A stretch of DNA of 60,746 bases, filler included, from Sphacelaria rigidula (GCA_964200075.2; 5 parts of 5 records of this genome joined end to end with filler, not necessarily neighbours in it), one strand, 5' to 3'; counted from the whole stretch's first letter, positions 1 to 13,835 are shown. The notes: generated by a model from the sequence alone, not told the origin. Numbers and translations: made by a program.

Positions 1-1024
1 CTAGTATACTAAAACCAAGTAATTTCCTGACGAATAATTATTTGTCCTAACCGTGCATCATTCGCTCTAACTTGACCATTTTTTTATTTCGTGTGTGCTT
101 TTCTTTGCCTGTAAGTAACACTGTCATGTGCTTACAGCTGAAGATCGAAATCCGCATCAGGAGTATGAAGGGCTTCAGCGGCAAGCTACTACAGAAAGCG
201 TATCAGGCCTCGTATATGGCCCGAAGGGGCATTTCGGAATTGAAACTGTTTGATTTATTGACTGGCCGCTTTTCACTCTCACAGTCGTATCCTAGACTCT
301 CGATCTCACGGAAGCATTGGTATGTGTACCTCGGTTTTCGAGACCCCCCAGGCGTGTGTTGATACGGGTGGGAAAAGAACAAAGCGGGCGTGACACCGCG
401 GGCAATACACCCCGACCTATAGCAGAGGTACAAAGATAGAATCCCGCGACTCTTATTGCTATGGTTGATTATCTTTGGTTCCCGAGTTTGACTCTATCTG
501 TGTGTTGGCTTCGCGTGACGAGTGGGAGCGTTGTCGGGCTTCATCTCCAGTAGTACGAATGGTCGCCTGCGTCACAGAACGTTACGGGGTTAGTATATAC
601 GTAGTTTTTTAAATTATTGTATGACGTCTGCTATTTTTTTCGGGGTCCTCTCTGTGTGTTTTATTTTACACTCCGTTACACCTTGTTTTGGGTAGTACCG
701 TGTTGATTCGCTTACATCGCTTCAGTGTGACCACTCTAGTAGCCAATTACTAGGGATATCCCGAAATCCGGTTGAAGCACTGGCAATGAACCGAGTAACG
801 AATCAGTCGGGTTTGCTTGAAACATCGTGCAACATCCAACACCGACAGCAACCACGAGGGAGGAAGTTCATCATGTCAAGTGAACACTCTCGACTGCGCC
901 TCATTTGGCGCCGCGTCCTTTTCATGGTATCCAGGCACGTCTGGAACAATATTTGGGTCAAAAGAACGACTGTCGTAACATAAAATTTTGAACAAACACC
1001 AGACCGATGGTTTATGCACATATT

Positions 1025-1466
1025 AAAGCCGATCATCGAAATTGAGGATGGAGCTCTTCATCGAGGGTGAGAACCCGGAGGATTAAAATCTGCGTATCCA
1101 CACCAAATATTCGAAATATGGTTCCATTCCTTCGCCTACTGTCAGCTATTGACAAGAACTACACGTCGTATGAATATGGATTTCGATAACCGAAATGTTG
1201 GGGTCCTAGGTGAAAAATAATTTCGGGGAATTTCGGCGATCCGATTGGATCCCCTGAATTCCCCAAAATTGTTTCTTCATTTAGGACCCCAATATTTCGG
1301 TTATCGAAATCCATTTTTTTAGGGCGTGTAGTAGTTGTCGATAGCCGCCAGTAGGTGAAGGAATAGAACCATGTTTCGAAGATTTCGATTGGATACGAAT
1401 GTTTTTTATCCTCCGGGTTCTCATTCTCAATGAAAAGCTTCATCCTCATTTTCAATGATCGGCTTT
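1025..1466. mobile_element. Foldback/MITE element, imperfect palindrome over its whole length
   Basis: Ends AAAGCCGATCAT..ATGATCGGCTTT. The arms stay complementary up to a central GATCCGATTGGATC (~1238-1251). Flanked by TATT on both sides (1021-1024, 1467-1470). Confidence 0.85.
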
Positions 1467-2067
1467 TATTTCAGCGCATCGAAAGGTGATATCGAAAAAT
1501 GAAAATCACCGTGACGCACAAGATACCCGAGTATATACATGTACACCCCGATAGCATCTTTGCATCTATTTAAGGGACATGATGAAGATGCATGTGTCAA
1601 CGATGCTTCCCAAATCCCCACGCCGCACCTGCGCCTCCCGTAAGGAGAGCGACTAGCTAAGGACTTGACACCATGAGGAGGTCTCTATTTTATACAACGT
1701 CGTTTGATGATGTTGTTGTCGTTGTCTTCACATCAAAAGCCGTTCCGACACCTGCGCAATACTCGTCACTTCCGTGCTGGGCATCTGATACGGACGCCTT
1801 CCGTAATCACAGGTTAACTAATATAGTACATATTATCACTTCGGAACGCTCGTATCCTGCTTAATGATGTAGAAATTGGCCGGCCATCTCTGACTATCTC
1901 TTACTTTCGTGTGAGGCAAACCTGGTAACCGAACTCATCCTCGCATGCTCAATCAACAAACATCTTCCCTCTCGTCACCCCGTCTGTCCGTCCGTCGTCT
2001 TGCGCACGCTTCCTGCCGTGTTATCCTTTCTCGCTGCCTGTCGCATTTCGCTGAAACTGCGTAAAAG

Positions 2068-5000
2068 AATCCGCCAATCTTCCGCACGGTGATCATTGGT
2101 GATAATGCCAAGACGGACGAGGCCTTGTCGATGGAGCCTTTCAGACCCGGCCCCCCACCAACTGGACCAGGAAATATCACAAACGAAGTGATAACATCTA
2201 AGGTACGGCATAAAACCGCGATAAATTTTAGATTTTATTAAGGATCTTTATGGCAACAAACAAGTCGCACCCGGGATACATCCTTTTAATCATTATTGTC
2301 TGAGCAAGGCTCCTCTTCCCGCTCCTGCTCGTCTTGGGGTCCTTGTTACTCACTACGTTACTGTCTTCATCGTCTTTGTTTTCTTTGCGGAGCTACACAC
2401 ACACACGTGTCGAGACTTCACTTGCTCGAGAAACCCCAAGCTTACTTCCCTCCTTCCCAACGCTACGGTTGCTGGGCAGTATACTCCTCTCAACTTCGTG
2501 TTCAAAAACCTGTGGGCTCAGTTCCACCGACCAGCGAACATCTACTTCCTGGGAATATCCATCCTGCAATGCATCGAAGCGATCAGCATAACAGGCGGGA
2601 CCCCAACCACGCTGGTTCCACTCACGGCAGTCCTCGTGGTGCGTGAGAGCAGGAGTGATCGGCACCCAGAAGTTAATCCGCCTGATTTAGCTCTGAGAAA
2701 GAGTTGATATCCAACGCACCGTTCCCTAACTTTGCAGTTGTCAGTCACCCAGAAAAAAACGTAATAGCCCTCGAGCATACCTTTAGTGTACGTGAAAGTT
2801 GTCTGAATTCGGATGCCCTTCTTCCCTGCGCTTTCACCACGAACGCTACGTAACATGTCAAACGGGTAGTCAAGATTTTGGTATTTTTCCCGCTCGCTGA
2901 GATGTGTCTCGGCCATGGCCTGCAAGCTACCCCTTCTCCGCCTCTTTCTCGGCGTGATTTGGAATAGACTACAGCAGATGTCAACCATCACCACCATCAC
3001 TACACATGTGTACTCGTACATATGGAGCGACTGTAAATTGTACGACGTCCTCAGTTCGCGCGTCGAAAACCCGATCACATTTTAACCATGTATTCCCACG
3101 GCCCTTACACGTACAAATTATACGGTCAACTGACGACTGCATCTACCAGACTACATTTAGTAAATACGCTCGTTCAAACTGGGTATGCTGCTGGGGGCGG
3201 GCGACGTAGAAAACAATTATTCGCAGGTCATGGTCACTTACCGCATATGCTGTATATAGTTTCGTGCATCTGAATTCTCTCATGAGGCGACCGTTAACAA
3301 GAACTACGCCCAAAAAGCATCCTCAAAGTTTCTCCACCCTCCCGAAACTTACGTTTCCCTCTTGAACACACAAGGTAACCGCGTTCAAAGACCTTTGCGA
3401 AGACTACAATCGCCACAAAGCAGACGCGCTCGAGAATTGTAGAACCGTAACCCGAATCATTCTGGGAAACGGCAACAGCGGCCGGCGTAGGTCATCCCAC
3501 TCTCAGTCCCACCCAAAAGACAAACCACCTTTACGAGGTGAGTTTTATGCCTTTTCAAAGTCGACACGATGCAGCACTTGCAGGAGGGCGGCAGGTCTGG
3601 TTCTGTAATACTTTGATCGTAACACGTTGAGGATGTTCATTTTAGCCCACGAGGGGCTAAGCTGGCGCCAACAGCGCCCATACGGCAGCCTAGAGGGCAC
3701 GTGCAGGTTGCGTTCGCAGGGCTAGCTTCGCTCGCACTGAAAGTGTGCCAAAATGGCGTCTATCCACACTCCCCATCGCTTTATCAAAACAACGCGGTTT
3801 CACAGATGAATCGAGCGCCTGCGGCCCGGACCCAGCCACCACAAGCGGACTTGAGGCAGGATCCCGCAAGACTACCAACAACCTTGAGGCAAGCGACACT
3901 ATCTCTTGGCTGGACGTGCGCGTCGGGGACGTGCTGGAAGTGCGAAATCGAGACAATATTCCCGCGGATCTGTTGATGGTGTCGTGCAGTGATCCCAACG
4001 GGATGTGCTTTGTGATGACTTCGAATCTCGACGGAGAGACCAACCTCAAGCCTCGCATTGTCAATCCTGATGTTCGTGCGGTCACGGCTCCGGCGGCGGA
4101 AGTGGTGGCGGTGGGGAGGAAGGGTGGAGATGGTGGCGAGGGAATGAGAGTGGGTGGGGCTCTGGCATTAGTTGCGCGAAAGGCAGCCGTGGAATGCGAC
4201 CTACCTAACCAGAAGCTGGATCACTTCGACGGAACCATGGTGGTGAGTCTCAATCCACTGGGATGGCGGTGTCAGGAACTTGATTCAGGGATGCACGCTC
4301 TGTGAATTCATGATGATATCATTTTCAGAAAGATGCAGGATGGTTTCCCTCATCAGGGTGTCACGATCAGTTTCCGTCAACTTTTCCTTGCCATATTGCG
4401 GGGTTGTCTCTACTCTCCCTTTTATTTTTTTTGCTCCGTGATGATGCGCTTGGAAGGATAGTGTTTCCCATCTGCCATGCTGTTCATGGTGCCGTAAACG
4501 CTCGTAAACTTGACGTCGATAGCGTGTTCAAGCCTCAGCTGGACGGCTGAGGCCAGTGTTCACCACGGAGAGAAGGGGATTGTGATCTACTACTGTAGGA
4601 CCGCCGAACCGTTTCCCACGTCTCTCGTTTCTCGTGTCTTCCTATATACACGACGCAACGGAAACCTGTCCGCGGGCATCAGCTTTCCGAGGCTGAGAAA
4701 ATATCACTTAACGGCAAGAATGTCTTGCTGAGGGGATGCCAGCTAAGAAACACGGAGTGGTGCCGCGGGGTCGTGGTGTACACAGGGAGGGAGACAAAGA
4801 TCCAGATGAACGCTGCGGAACCCCCCCTGAAGTCTTCCTCGCTGAAGGCCCACGTCGATCGCGAAACGCTTCATGTCCTGTGCCTACAGGTCCGTTCTCT
4901 GTGAACTTCCAGTTCCGACACAGCTGCGGGATAGATGTCGAGAACGAGTAGAAACACACGTGTACCTTCAAAAGTGGTCAATATCAGAAGCTTTCCACGC

Positions 5001-7510
5001 AAACCTATGCTTGGTGAAATATCTCGTGGTGATATTGCATCTTGGGCTAGTGTACTTTACTTCCCACTTGATCCTCCCACACCATGAAGTTATTGCATTT
5101 TTAGGTGGTGTAGCCGGTAGCTAAAGTCATCTTTTCCATCTCAGCATATCCCTCTCCGCATGTCTTTTTGCACAACGCCATGCCTCCAGCCGTACGGAAG
5201 TCGCATGCTTCCTCTCCCGCAATGGTTGGTCGAACAGCGTTTGTCGGCCACGGGTGTACCATATGTTATACACTGACCCGTGTTACCCTGCGGTCGAGTC
5301 TTATTCTCGCTTCACAAGTATACAGTCAAGAGTGCTACTGTGCAATGTGTTCCGCTTCAAAACCGAATATTTGCTCGAGGTATCGCGATCACCCTTCCGC
5401 TCCGACTGGGCAAAACGCTGCACAAATGAAATTGGCACATTTAAACAACACAACATCGGATGTTCTGCCCTTGAGCGGATGAAAAGAATACTTCGCCGGA
5501 GAGTGTAACTAGCTATTTCGGTGCCTTTTAGATGTGGATTAACTCACTAGTGCTGACAGCATCTCCCTCAATATTCCTACTCCCTCAATATTCGTACTCT
5601 GGTTGATAGAACAAATGTACACGATTTGTACACACACATTTCTGCAGATTTTCTGCTGCCTGGTAGGAGGCATTTTCGCAGGAATCCGAGCGGCAGGATC
5701 AGACGTGAAGGAGATGTACTACATATGGGGCTTGGACGAGGAGGCGGGCCCGCAGCACCCAGCACTCACGGCGTTTCTAAAGTTCTGGTCGTTCATCATT
5801 ATCTTCACCAACTTCGTACCTATTTCGCTGCTGGTCACCCTCGACATGGTGAAGGTGTTACAGTCCAAGCTTATCGGGTGGGACAGGGACATGTACCACG
5901 AAGCGCGAGAGTTCGATGGGACGAGAAAGGCCATACCGGCGCAGGTGAGATTCGAGGGGTGTGTGGCGGCGTCGGAATCACGCAGCAATACTTTGCTATG
6001 TCTGAAAGGCAATATCGAGTTCAGGTGGACTCTTTTCACAGCAGATGAGCCGCTGAACACAGCATGCGCGGAAATATATCTCCTCTCTCTCCGCTGTGTT
6101 CAGTGAGTCAGTTACGGCAAGGTTTACATTCTTTACGAAAAAAGGCCTTTTGCGGTGACAGCGGCGGAACTGTGGAAGGCTGTTGGACCAAATTTACGTG
6201 GAAATCGGCAGGTGGAATGAACCCCCACTACCTTAGCATATCTGATGTAGGGTGAGTATGGTTGGTGGCGCCTAGGTCGTGAGGGCGGGAATTCACCGCG
6301 ATTTACACATGCTTCCGTCTATAGATGATCACTTGCCTCTCGCCCGCTAGCCATCGACGGCACTGAGACATACAAGGTAGCTTGCAAAGTAAGCGATTCC
6401 GAATCGCGAAGCCTTGAGTCGTGATGCTGTTATGTGCACTACAAGCTCTGAGAGCTAACTAGTTTGCATGCAGCGTTGCGGGTGTAGCCCGTCCCAACGT
6501 TTTCACCCCCTCATTTTTTCTCGTCGGATGGTGTGTTGCAGGTACGCTCCAGTGAACTGAACGAGGACCTAGGCCGGATAGAGCACATTTTCAGCGACAA
6601 AACGGGAACGCTCACGTGCAACGTCATGGACTTTCGAAAGTGTAGGTCGGTCCTGCCACGACAGGGTCCAGGAAAGAGGGGCAAAAACCAAAACAGATGG
6701 TGTCGCACGATGTAGATCGCACTCAGTCGTCATTCCAGGAGCGGAAGGTGGCAGCTAGCGCCGAGCAAACTCAGGCTGGCATCACACCGTATCAACGGCA
6801 TTTACGATATAGCATAACACTGTACAGCGCACCCTCACAACCAAACCGTGTCGGTATAACACAAGGAGCATTGTGTGTTGCTCACGATCTCGCATTCAAC
6901 ACAAGCTCCCAGAAGGCCAGCACGGTCGTGCAGGGACGGGAGAGACCTCCAGGAACTCTATGCGCGTGTGCAGCCCGATGTATGTTGTAGTTCGAAGATG
7001 ACCTCTACAGTTCTATTCAAAACATGTTCGTTCATCACGAAGCTACGCCAGCTCCAAATTATCCTTTCTAGTCGCGCATCTCGTGCTTTCCTGCAACATC
7101 ATTATCGGGAGCCATCAACCATGCGACTCGAAAACACGTTCATAGCCGAACATCGGTGTCCTCGGGTTCACACCCGGTACTCGTTTGCATGGATACTATC
7201 CCTGATCTACAATGTCTCTTATAGCTCATTTTTCACCGATCTGTTTCTATTTGTTTTCCGGTGGGTTTGTCCGAAACAGCATCCGCGGCCAGCCTTACGG
7301 CTTGGGAACTACAGAAATCGGCGTCAACTATCGCTTGCGGAATCATCTGCCGCTGCCAACCGTGCCTCCGCAGCCACCGGGAGCGAGGCGTACCCCGCAC
7401 GTGAATTTTGTCGATCCAGAGTTTGTAAAGGTGTTGGAAACCCCGGAACATCCCATGCACGACCACGCGCTGGAGTTCTATCTTCATTTGGCGCTGAATC
7501 ACGAGGTTGG

Positions 7511-7557
<47 letters not shown>

Positions 7558-10500
7558 TGTGAGCGCGCGCGCGTGTAATCCCTTTGTACTCGTTACATTC
7601 GATAATTAGTTTATTCTTGCGTTTGTTTGTTCTTTCTGTTTCTGGGAACTATTTGCGTCAGTATAAGGTCGAACTGCTGATGGCCTCAGAAGCAGTTAAC
7701 ATCGTGTCGCTATTTTTGTGCTTTCGGCACGGTTTCAGGTCGTCAAAATGACGACAGATTTGTGTAGGTGTGTATTCCTCGTATCTTGACCCGAAATATG
7801 GGCGACAGGCACAAAACCGTTCAAGCGGGAGTCAAAATCCTTGTTCGTGAAAAGGATATGGCACTGTCAATATGGCATACGGCAAAGTGTGGCAGTGCTA
7901 GGGTAGATGCATGCTTAAAAACTTGCAACTAAGACAGGCAACGTCGACACCCGGTTTTGGAGAATTTTCCACGATTGTCCAATTTATGTCAAATCTACAA
8001 CTCCGAACCTCATGCTGCTTTTTTTTACCGTGGGGCATCAACTTACTCCTTCGGTGTTTTGTCTCAGTCACGTGCCTCACGGATCAAGATCGGGGAACAC
8101 GTGAGCCGGCAACCTATTTATTTGACTTCCTGGTGCATTGTCTTTCTATTGAGCTAGTGATTCACTTCTCGTTTTGGACGCAAGCGACAATTCTCGTTGT
8201 TCTGGTATTTGAGTGTACCTGACGAGAGCTAGGCTGTAAAAGCTTCGCGAGAAAAGGGATACGGGCGGATCCGCTTGAAGGTGTTGAAATGCGACAACGC
8301 GGGCGCATATAGCTGGGCGGTGGATGGATTCCAGAGCATACTCTATAGGAGAGCTCAAGGAGTGGAATCCACTTCACTGAAGGGTATTAATAGCAACGCT
8401 TGAGCTTGGAGTCCACGAAATTTAGAGGATAGTGATTTCACGAGAGATAGGTTTGAGTCGCGCAGGCACAAGAAAAGTATTCAATACACGTGAACGATCT
8501 TCGACTCCCGTCCGGTTGCCCCACTTCCGCTCGAAAATGGAAACGTCTAGATTGCCATCAAGAAATTTCGCCCGCTTGGTCGCTGACGACGACGCAAAGT
8601 GACCGAAAAACAAAGCATGGAAAAATATGAAAGCAGACATCCTTTGTTAGCACAGCCACGATGTGATTGTTGTCGTTTCCATCCGTGCGTACTGCGAAAA
8701 GTATACTCAATGTTGTTTCAGGATGTTTCAGCCGTTAAAAGTATCAGCTGAGACGGACAGGTGCAACCCAAGCTCAACCCCGAGGCTGAACAGGATCACA
8801 TGCTCGTTTTTTTTTACTCTCTGGATCATCTCAAAAGTACAGGTTCAACCCGAGCGACAAGCGGACGGACAAATAGTATATTCTGCCTCTAACCCCGACG
8901 AGGGCGCCTTCATTTACGCCGCAGCGCACTTCGGGCATCGCTTCCTCCGCAGGGAGGGGAAAGACGTAGTCTTGTCCATACCGAAGCCCAGCACAACAGG
9001 CACAGGGGCATCCACTGAGGGCGACAAAGCCTCCAGCTCCGCGAGCACATCTTCGCAGAGCACCCTTGGGAAAACGTCCATCGGTCAGGGCGGGGGATTT
9101 GGAGGAGGAGGAATCGGTAGCGGCGGGAAGAAAATCCCCACTGCAGGGATACCAGAGGAAGGAACGGAGGACGCGGAGGAAGTCACGTTTCAGATCTTGC
9201 ACAGCTTTGCGTTCACGAGTGACCGCAAGCGGAGCTCTGTTATTGTGCGACGGCGGAGGACGAGGAGTGAGGGATCAGCGGAAGGTGGTGGGTCCGCAGA
9301 GAGGAGTGGTGGCGGGGGCGGCGGTGAGGGCGTTGTTTTATATTGCAAAGGGGCTGACAATGTTATTCTGGAGAGGCTGGATAAAGAGAAAAACTCGAGG
9401 GAGCTCGTGGACAAGATTAAGGCAAACATAGCGGAGTTTACTCAGGATGGTGAGTACAACAACGTTTTGTCGGGGTCAGGACACTGGTGTTCGAGTTCGC
9501 CACACTTTCTAACCCTCTCCTCTCTTCTTCCGGACGAGCTCGTGGTCTCGAGGGATCAACCCGTCCCTCTCCGATGAATTGGATCAGAATTCCCGCGGTT
9601 TGTCGGCTCTTTGTGTCGGCTTTTGTCGGCGTTTTTTCCAAGTCATGTTCTGATGGATTCCACCACGGAAACCGCAGAACAAATGATCACGGTTGAGATT
9701 CGAGCGCACTGCTGCAACTCCGCCTAAGCTGACCGGTAATGTATGAGTTTTACCACTGGGGCGCGGCGTGGGGTACCTTGCAATTCTGAATAGTAGCAAG
9801 TGACAACATGAGCCTGCATGTATGGTGTGCGTAGCTCGTCGGAATTAGGCTTGCTGCCCTCGCGATTCCCGTGTCGCTTTCCGATCGCGCGCCACACGAC
9901 GCCTCGGAAAAACGAAAAAGGCCTGCGAACTCTTATGGCAGCAAAGGTGGAGATTAGCGAGAAAAGATACAAGCGATGGCTGAAGGTGTTCCGGGAGGCC
10001 GAGGCCAGCGTTCAGGATAGGGAGGCGAAGGTGGGTGCGGCGGAAACATCATCGCGTATGTGTGTTGGAGAGTGAACGGCGATCGCCGCGCGCGTCTTCG
10101 GATTCTTGCTACGCGGGAGTTTTTTCCTTTTGTATCACCTGTAGTACGTATACTAACGCCCTGCAATGCCATCTTACGCTAGGTATCGACATTTACTGAG
10201 CATCTATGAACTGCCATGTTAGTAACGCACTTTGTTTACACGGTATGTTTCTGTGCGACTTCATTCCGACTTTTTCACGAGAACAGCAATAGCCTCCGGC
10301 AGGGTGTCGCCTCTTCGCCAAAAGCAGCGCAACGACCCTACACTATATATCCTCTATCCAAGAGATATTATGCTCAAGACACTCATACCGGAAACTCTCG
10401 GGTACGTGCTACTCTCCACTTTTTCGTTACTCCCTTTCCTCAGGCATCATCGCCGGCCGTTGTGAACCCCAACTCCCCCTGTTCCCCAGAAGCCACAATC

Positions 10501-10646
10501 ACCATATCACGTATTGCATGCAGGTCCGAGCTGCGGTGGAACATGTAGAGGCTGGACTGGTCATTCAGGGCGTGACGGCTGTGGAAGACAAGCTGCAGGA
10601 AGGGGTGCCAGACACTCTTCACAGCCTTCGAAAAGCCGGAATCAAG
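2068..10646 (+). CDS. P4-type ATPase (phospholipid-transporting flippase), multi-exon, 3' part missing at contig end
   Basis: Exons joined by hand in frame with GT-AG ends: 2068-2202 (..NEVITSK), 2480-2638 ([24 protein letters not shown]), 3375-3537 ([15 protein letters not shown]), 3707-4242 ([17 protein letters not shown]), 4683-4889 ([18 protein letters not shown]), 5648-5944 ([12 protein letters not shown]), 6542-6645 ([16 protein letters not shown]), 7280-7505, 8843-9449 ([31 protein letters not shown]), 9921-10030 (GLRTL), 10524-10646 ([16 protein letters not shown]). DGET, PISL and DKTGT motifs indicate the P4 subfamily. A candidate first exon at 1592-1639 (MCQRCFPNPHAAPAPP|gtaagg) is in phase. 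The expected next exon (VWMLTGDK) is not seen before the spacer. Confidence 0.95.
7512..7575. repeat. (TG)n microsatellite followed by a (GC)n run at the start of a flippase intron
   Basis: About 24 TG units, then GCGCGCGCGCG, a few bases after the donor at 7506. Confidence 0.95.
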
Positions 10647-11624
10647 GTGTGTGCACGCGCTGAGGTAGTAGGAGTTGGACTTGAAAGGGTAACGGTGACA
10701 ATGCCTTCGTGTCCCTCCCTTACTCCGTGCCCGCTCATCTACCATGCGCAAGACGGGGAGTACGTACACCACAGGTTCCCGCATCATGTATAAACTATTC
10801 TCCGATGACCGCTGAGCTCGCGACTTCTGCGCGCTGAGGATGGAGGGGTTGAAGTGGGGAGAGGACGTGCGGTTGGGAAGGGCAAATCTCGTGAAAATAC
10901 CATAGGATCATTTTCGTACCTTTGCTGTTCCCGTACGTCTGCGCTGTCAAGTTGTAGCTCTTCGGGGTAACCTACAGTACCTCCGATCCAAAGCGTGACT
11001 TTTGAGTTAGATTCCAGCGGGTTTATTTTCCATCGAAGAACCCAGCCCCGCTTTCATCCAACACTACTCGGTCCACCTCGACTATTGTAGCTTTTTTTTT
11101 ATTCCCCTGATTCTATGTCGAATTCTCCCTCCCAGCGCCTTCTAACCACTTATCACACCTCTTAACCAGACTCTACCACACCCTCTCGAGCGCGTCTGCA
11201 TCGAACTCGTGGAACATGCTCGGACATTTCTCTGCGACTTCATCCACGGTGCCGTTACCCTCCGCCCAATCCTGATCTTCTGAGATGCAATAGGCCCCAA
11301 ATGTCGACGTAAGATCCCGCGACTGCGTTGGCTGCGCCACGAGCTCTATTTTTCATCTGTTGGCCACCCCTGCTACTTGTAGCTTCTGCACAGCGCCCCC
11401 GGCCGTATTGGATGTCCCGCCGTGCTGCTGAACGGTCGCCCCTCCCCGATTCCAGGCAGGGTATATCCTCCTCATCTCTGTCAACAGCTGCTCCGAGTAC
11501 AACTCCTAGTATCACTCGACATCGACGGTGGCGTCTACGTCCCCCCCCCACCTTCGTGTGCTGCACTCTAATCCGTCGTGCCTCCTTCCTGGCGCAAACC
11601 CGCTAGATCTCAATCGGGCGCGAA

Positions 11625-11900
11625 AAGGTGCACGGTTAGGACGAATCATAACGACTAACAATCACCAAACTCACGATTTCTTCGGGCCGATTGCCCAAGA
11701 GGGAGAAAAAAGTTGACCGTTGATCCAAGGGGTTTTCACGCAACTATTGCGCCATTCCACGTGTCTGGGCTGCGTGTACCTAGGTTGCAACGCTGAAAAC
11801 AAAGCCCAGGGATTGAGTCGTACGAGTCGACTCAATTGTACTAAAACCAAGTAATTTCCAGACGAATCATTGGTTTGCCCGACCCTTGAAACGGTGCAGA
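11625..11900. mobile_element. Dispersed repeat whose terminus also appears at contig ends
   Basis: CTAAAACCAAGTAATTTCC..GACGAAT at 11841 matches positions 9-35 and the reverse complement of 24200-24241. GCACGGTTAGGAC at ~11629 matches the reverse complement of ~44-56. Confidence 0.55.
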
Positions 11901-12071
11901 TGAATATCGCTTTGGGGGAGAACGTGACTCCCATGCTGTATCGTCGTCGAGCCCACCTTTTTTCCTCCGCCGGGAACACACACACACTATCTCTCGGTCT
12001 GTGACGCTAGCCAGCGCTAGAATGACAGCGTCAATATGCTTGTTCGAGGGACTCCCCAGCTCTCGCTGGCC

Positions 12072-12171
12072 NNNNNNNNNNNNNNNNNNNNNNNNNNNNN
12101 NNNNNNNNNNNNNNNTTAATTAATTAANNNNNNNNNNNNNNNNNNNNNNNNNNNNNNNNNNNNNNNNNNNN
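12072..12171. other. Artificial contig spacer (N-TTAATTAATTAA-N)
   Basis: 100 bp with a central linker that places stops in all six frames. Confidence 0.98.
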
Positions 12172-12604
12172 GCCCGAAGCCTACTGATTATCTTGCATTT
12201 GGATGACAGCCTCCACTGAGTTGCTCTTTTGTCTGGTATCGCCACTTCCAGACGTAGCCACGTCTACTCCCTCATGGGTATCTATCAAATCTGTGGGGGG
12301 GGGGAGAAACTTTGGAAAAAAGTGAAGTCGGTTACCTTCAAAGGTAGGTAACAAAAGGGGAAATACTTGCACCACAGGGCCCGAAAGAGGGGCAAGAAAA
12401 GGTGCACACTGAGCTCTCAGAGCTCCAGAAATCGAGTGCTGCGATTTGAGCGCAACCATGATTTGATACATGTGTTCTCTGGTAGTATTAACTACAAGAC
12501 ACACCCTCCTTTTCCCGCATTTTGATGCACATCGAAGATATCTCGTCTTCAACCGCGCTCTGTCAGATATTAAGCTAGCCAGTCCAGTCAGTTGGGTTGC
12601 TCAC

Positions 12605-12819
12605 CGAACTGCTCAGGTGTGGTGCAGAATTCATCGGCATCGTCTCTGTATTCTCCATCGTATCTGCACACGATTGCAAACTGCGAGCGACATCCACCGC
12701 AATCACAGCAGCCCCTGCGGCATCCACGACGATGGATGAAGATCGCGGCTGTTGCTGCTGTCGTTGCCGCTCCCCTTCCAAGTCCGTTGTGTCACCCAGC
12801 AAGTCGCTCAATTCCAGCT
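12605..12819 (-). CDS. Possible exon of an unidentified low-complexity gene or pseudogene
   Basis: CCCCACAG acceptor, TCG|GTGAGC donor, open frame LELSDLLGDTTDLEGERQRQQQQPRSS... No homology recognised and neighbouring candidate exons do not phase cleanly. Confidence 0.25.
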
Positions 12820-13176
12820 GTGGGGTAATTGTTCGGAAGAGAAAAACATTTTCTTTGTGACCTGGTACGAGCAAACCACGCGTCGTGAGTGCGATGTTAT
12901 GTCTAGGTCCACACGCTATAGTACGAGTTGGACTTGGATCCTCACGGCGAGACACAACCATTGAGTCAAATATATCCATCCAATCTTCGTTACCCGTAAC
13001 CCACGCGACAACACACCAGAATCGGCCTCACCCTTCCATCCTTCCCATTTTGCGTGGCACAGCACGGCACATACAGGCAACCCCGAGGTCTCGTGAGAGA
13101 CTTGAGCGCTGTGCAATGGAATCGGGCACACTGGATATCAACTCACAGCAGTTATGCTACCGTATCTGTCGCCGTG

Positions 13177-13460
13177 TCCCGGTTATGTAAATAAAAATGG
13201 TACGACTGAAAGCAGTTAGGTCAGGAGGATACGAGTTCGATTCCAGTAGACGTACGTGCGTTTTGTCGAAGAGGTAGAGTCTATCTGATGTTCGTCCTCC
13301 AAACGGTGAGACTGCGAGTAGTAAAGAAAGTTTATTCAACGATGATCGACGCGGTGTGATGCTGATAGTCATGATCCAATCCCCGGTACCAAAGTGTAAA
13401 CTCTTTGTAGGGGGAGAGATGGGTTGATTGGTACCTTGGGATAACGGACTCGTCCTAAGA
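13177..13460 (+). mobile_element. SINE family B, diverged copy
   Basis: Head resembling 55332 with B box GAGTTCGATTCC, and 3' core GGGGGAGAGATGGGTTGATTGGTACCTTGGGATAACGGACTCGTCC. Confidence 0.5.
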
Positions 13461-13462
13461 AA

Positions 13463-13835
13463 GAAAACAAAAAAGAGGTTCAACTCAAGAGCTGTGCTTT
13501 CCCTAGTCTAAAATTCATGACAAATGTCATTCATGTGGACAACCCCATCCCTCCCGACCTGCCTGAAACTATCTCGGGGGATTTCTAGCCTTCCGTACCC
13601 CCAAAGGGTATGTGCGAAAGCACGATTTTTGGGGCAAAAAACGTCCTTTTTTCACCCCTAAACGGAGGCAAAAGTGTGCTTTCGCACATACCCTTTGATG
13701 GAACGGGAGGCCAAAACCCCCCCGAAATAATTTTAGGAAGGTCGGGAGGGATGAGACCGTCTATATGAAAGTCATTTGTCATGAATTTAGGTCAGGGAAA
13801 GCACGGCTTTTGAGTTGGACCTCATTTTGTTTTTC
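13463..13835. mobile_element. Foldback/MITE element (imperfect palindrome)
   Basis: GAGGTTCAACTCAAGAGCTGTGCTTTCCCT..AGGGAAAGCACGGCTTTTGAGTTGGACCTC, with inner arms AAAGGGTATGTGCGAAAGCAC/GTGCTTTCGCACATACCCTTT. No clear TSD. Confidence 0.8.

Noticed and set aside
72-362. 96-aa ORF or possible exon at ~138-319
   Set aside because: Splice-like ends exist but there is no recognisable homology and no link to the flippase frame.
12116-12127. TTAATTAATTAA as a biological motif
   Set aside because: It is identical in all four N spacers and is a synthetic linker.
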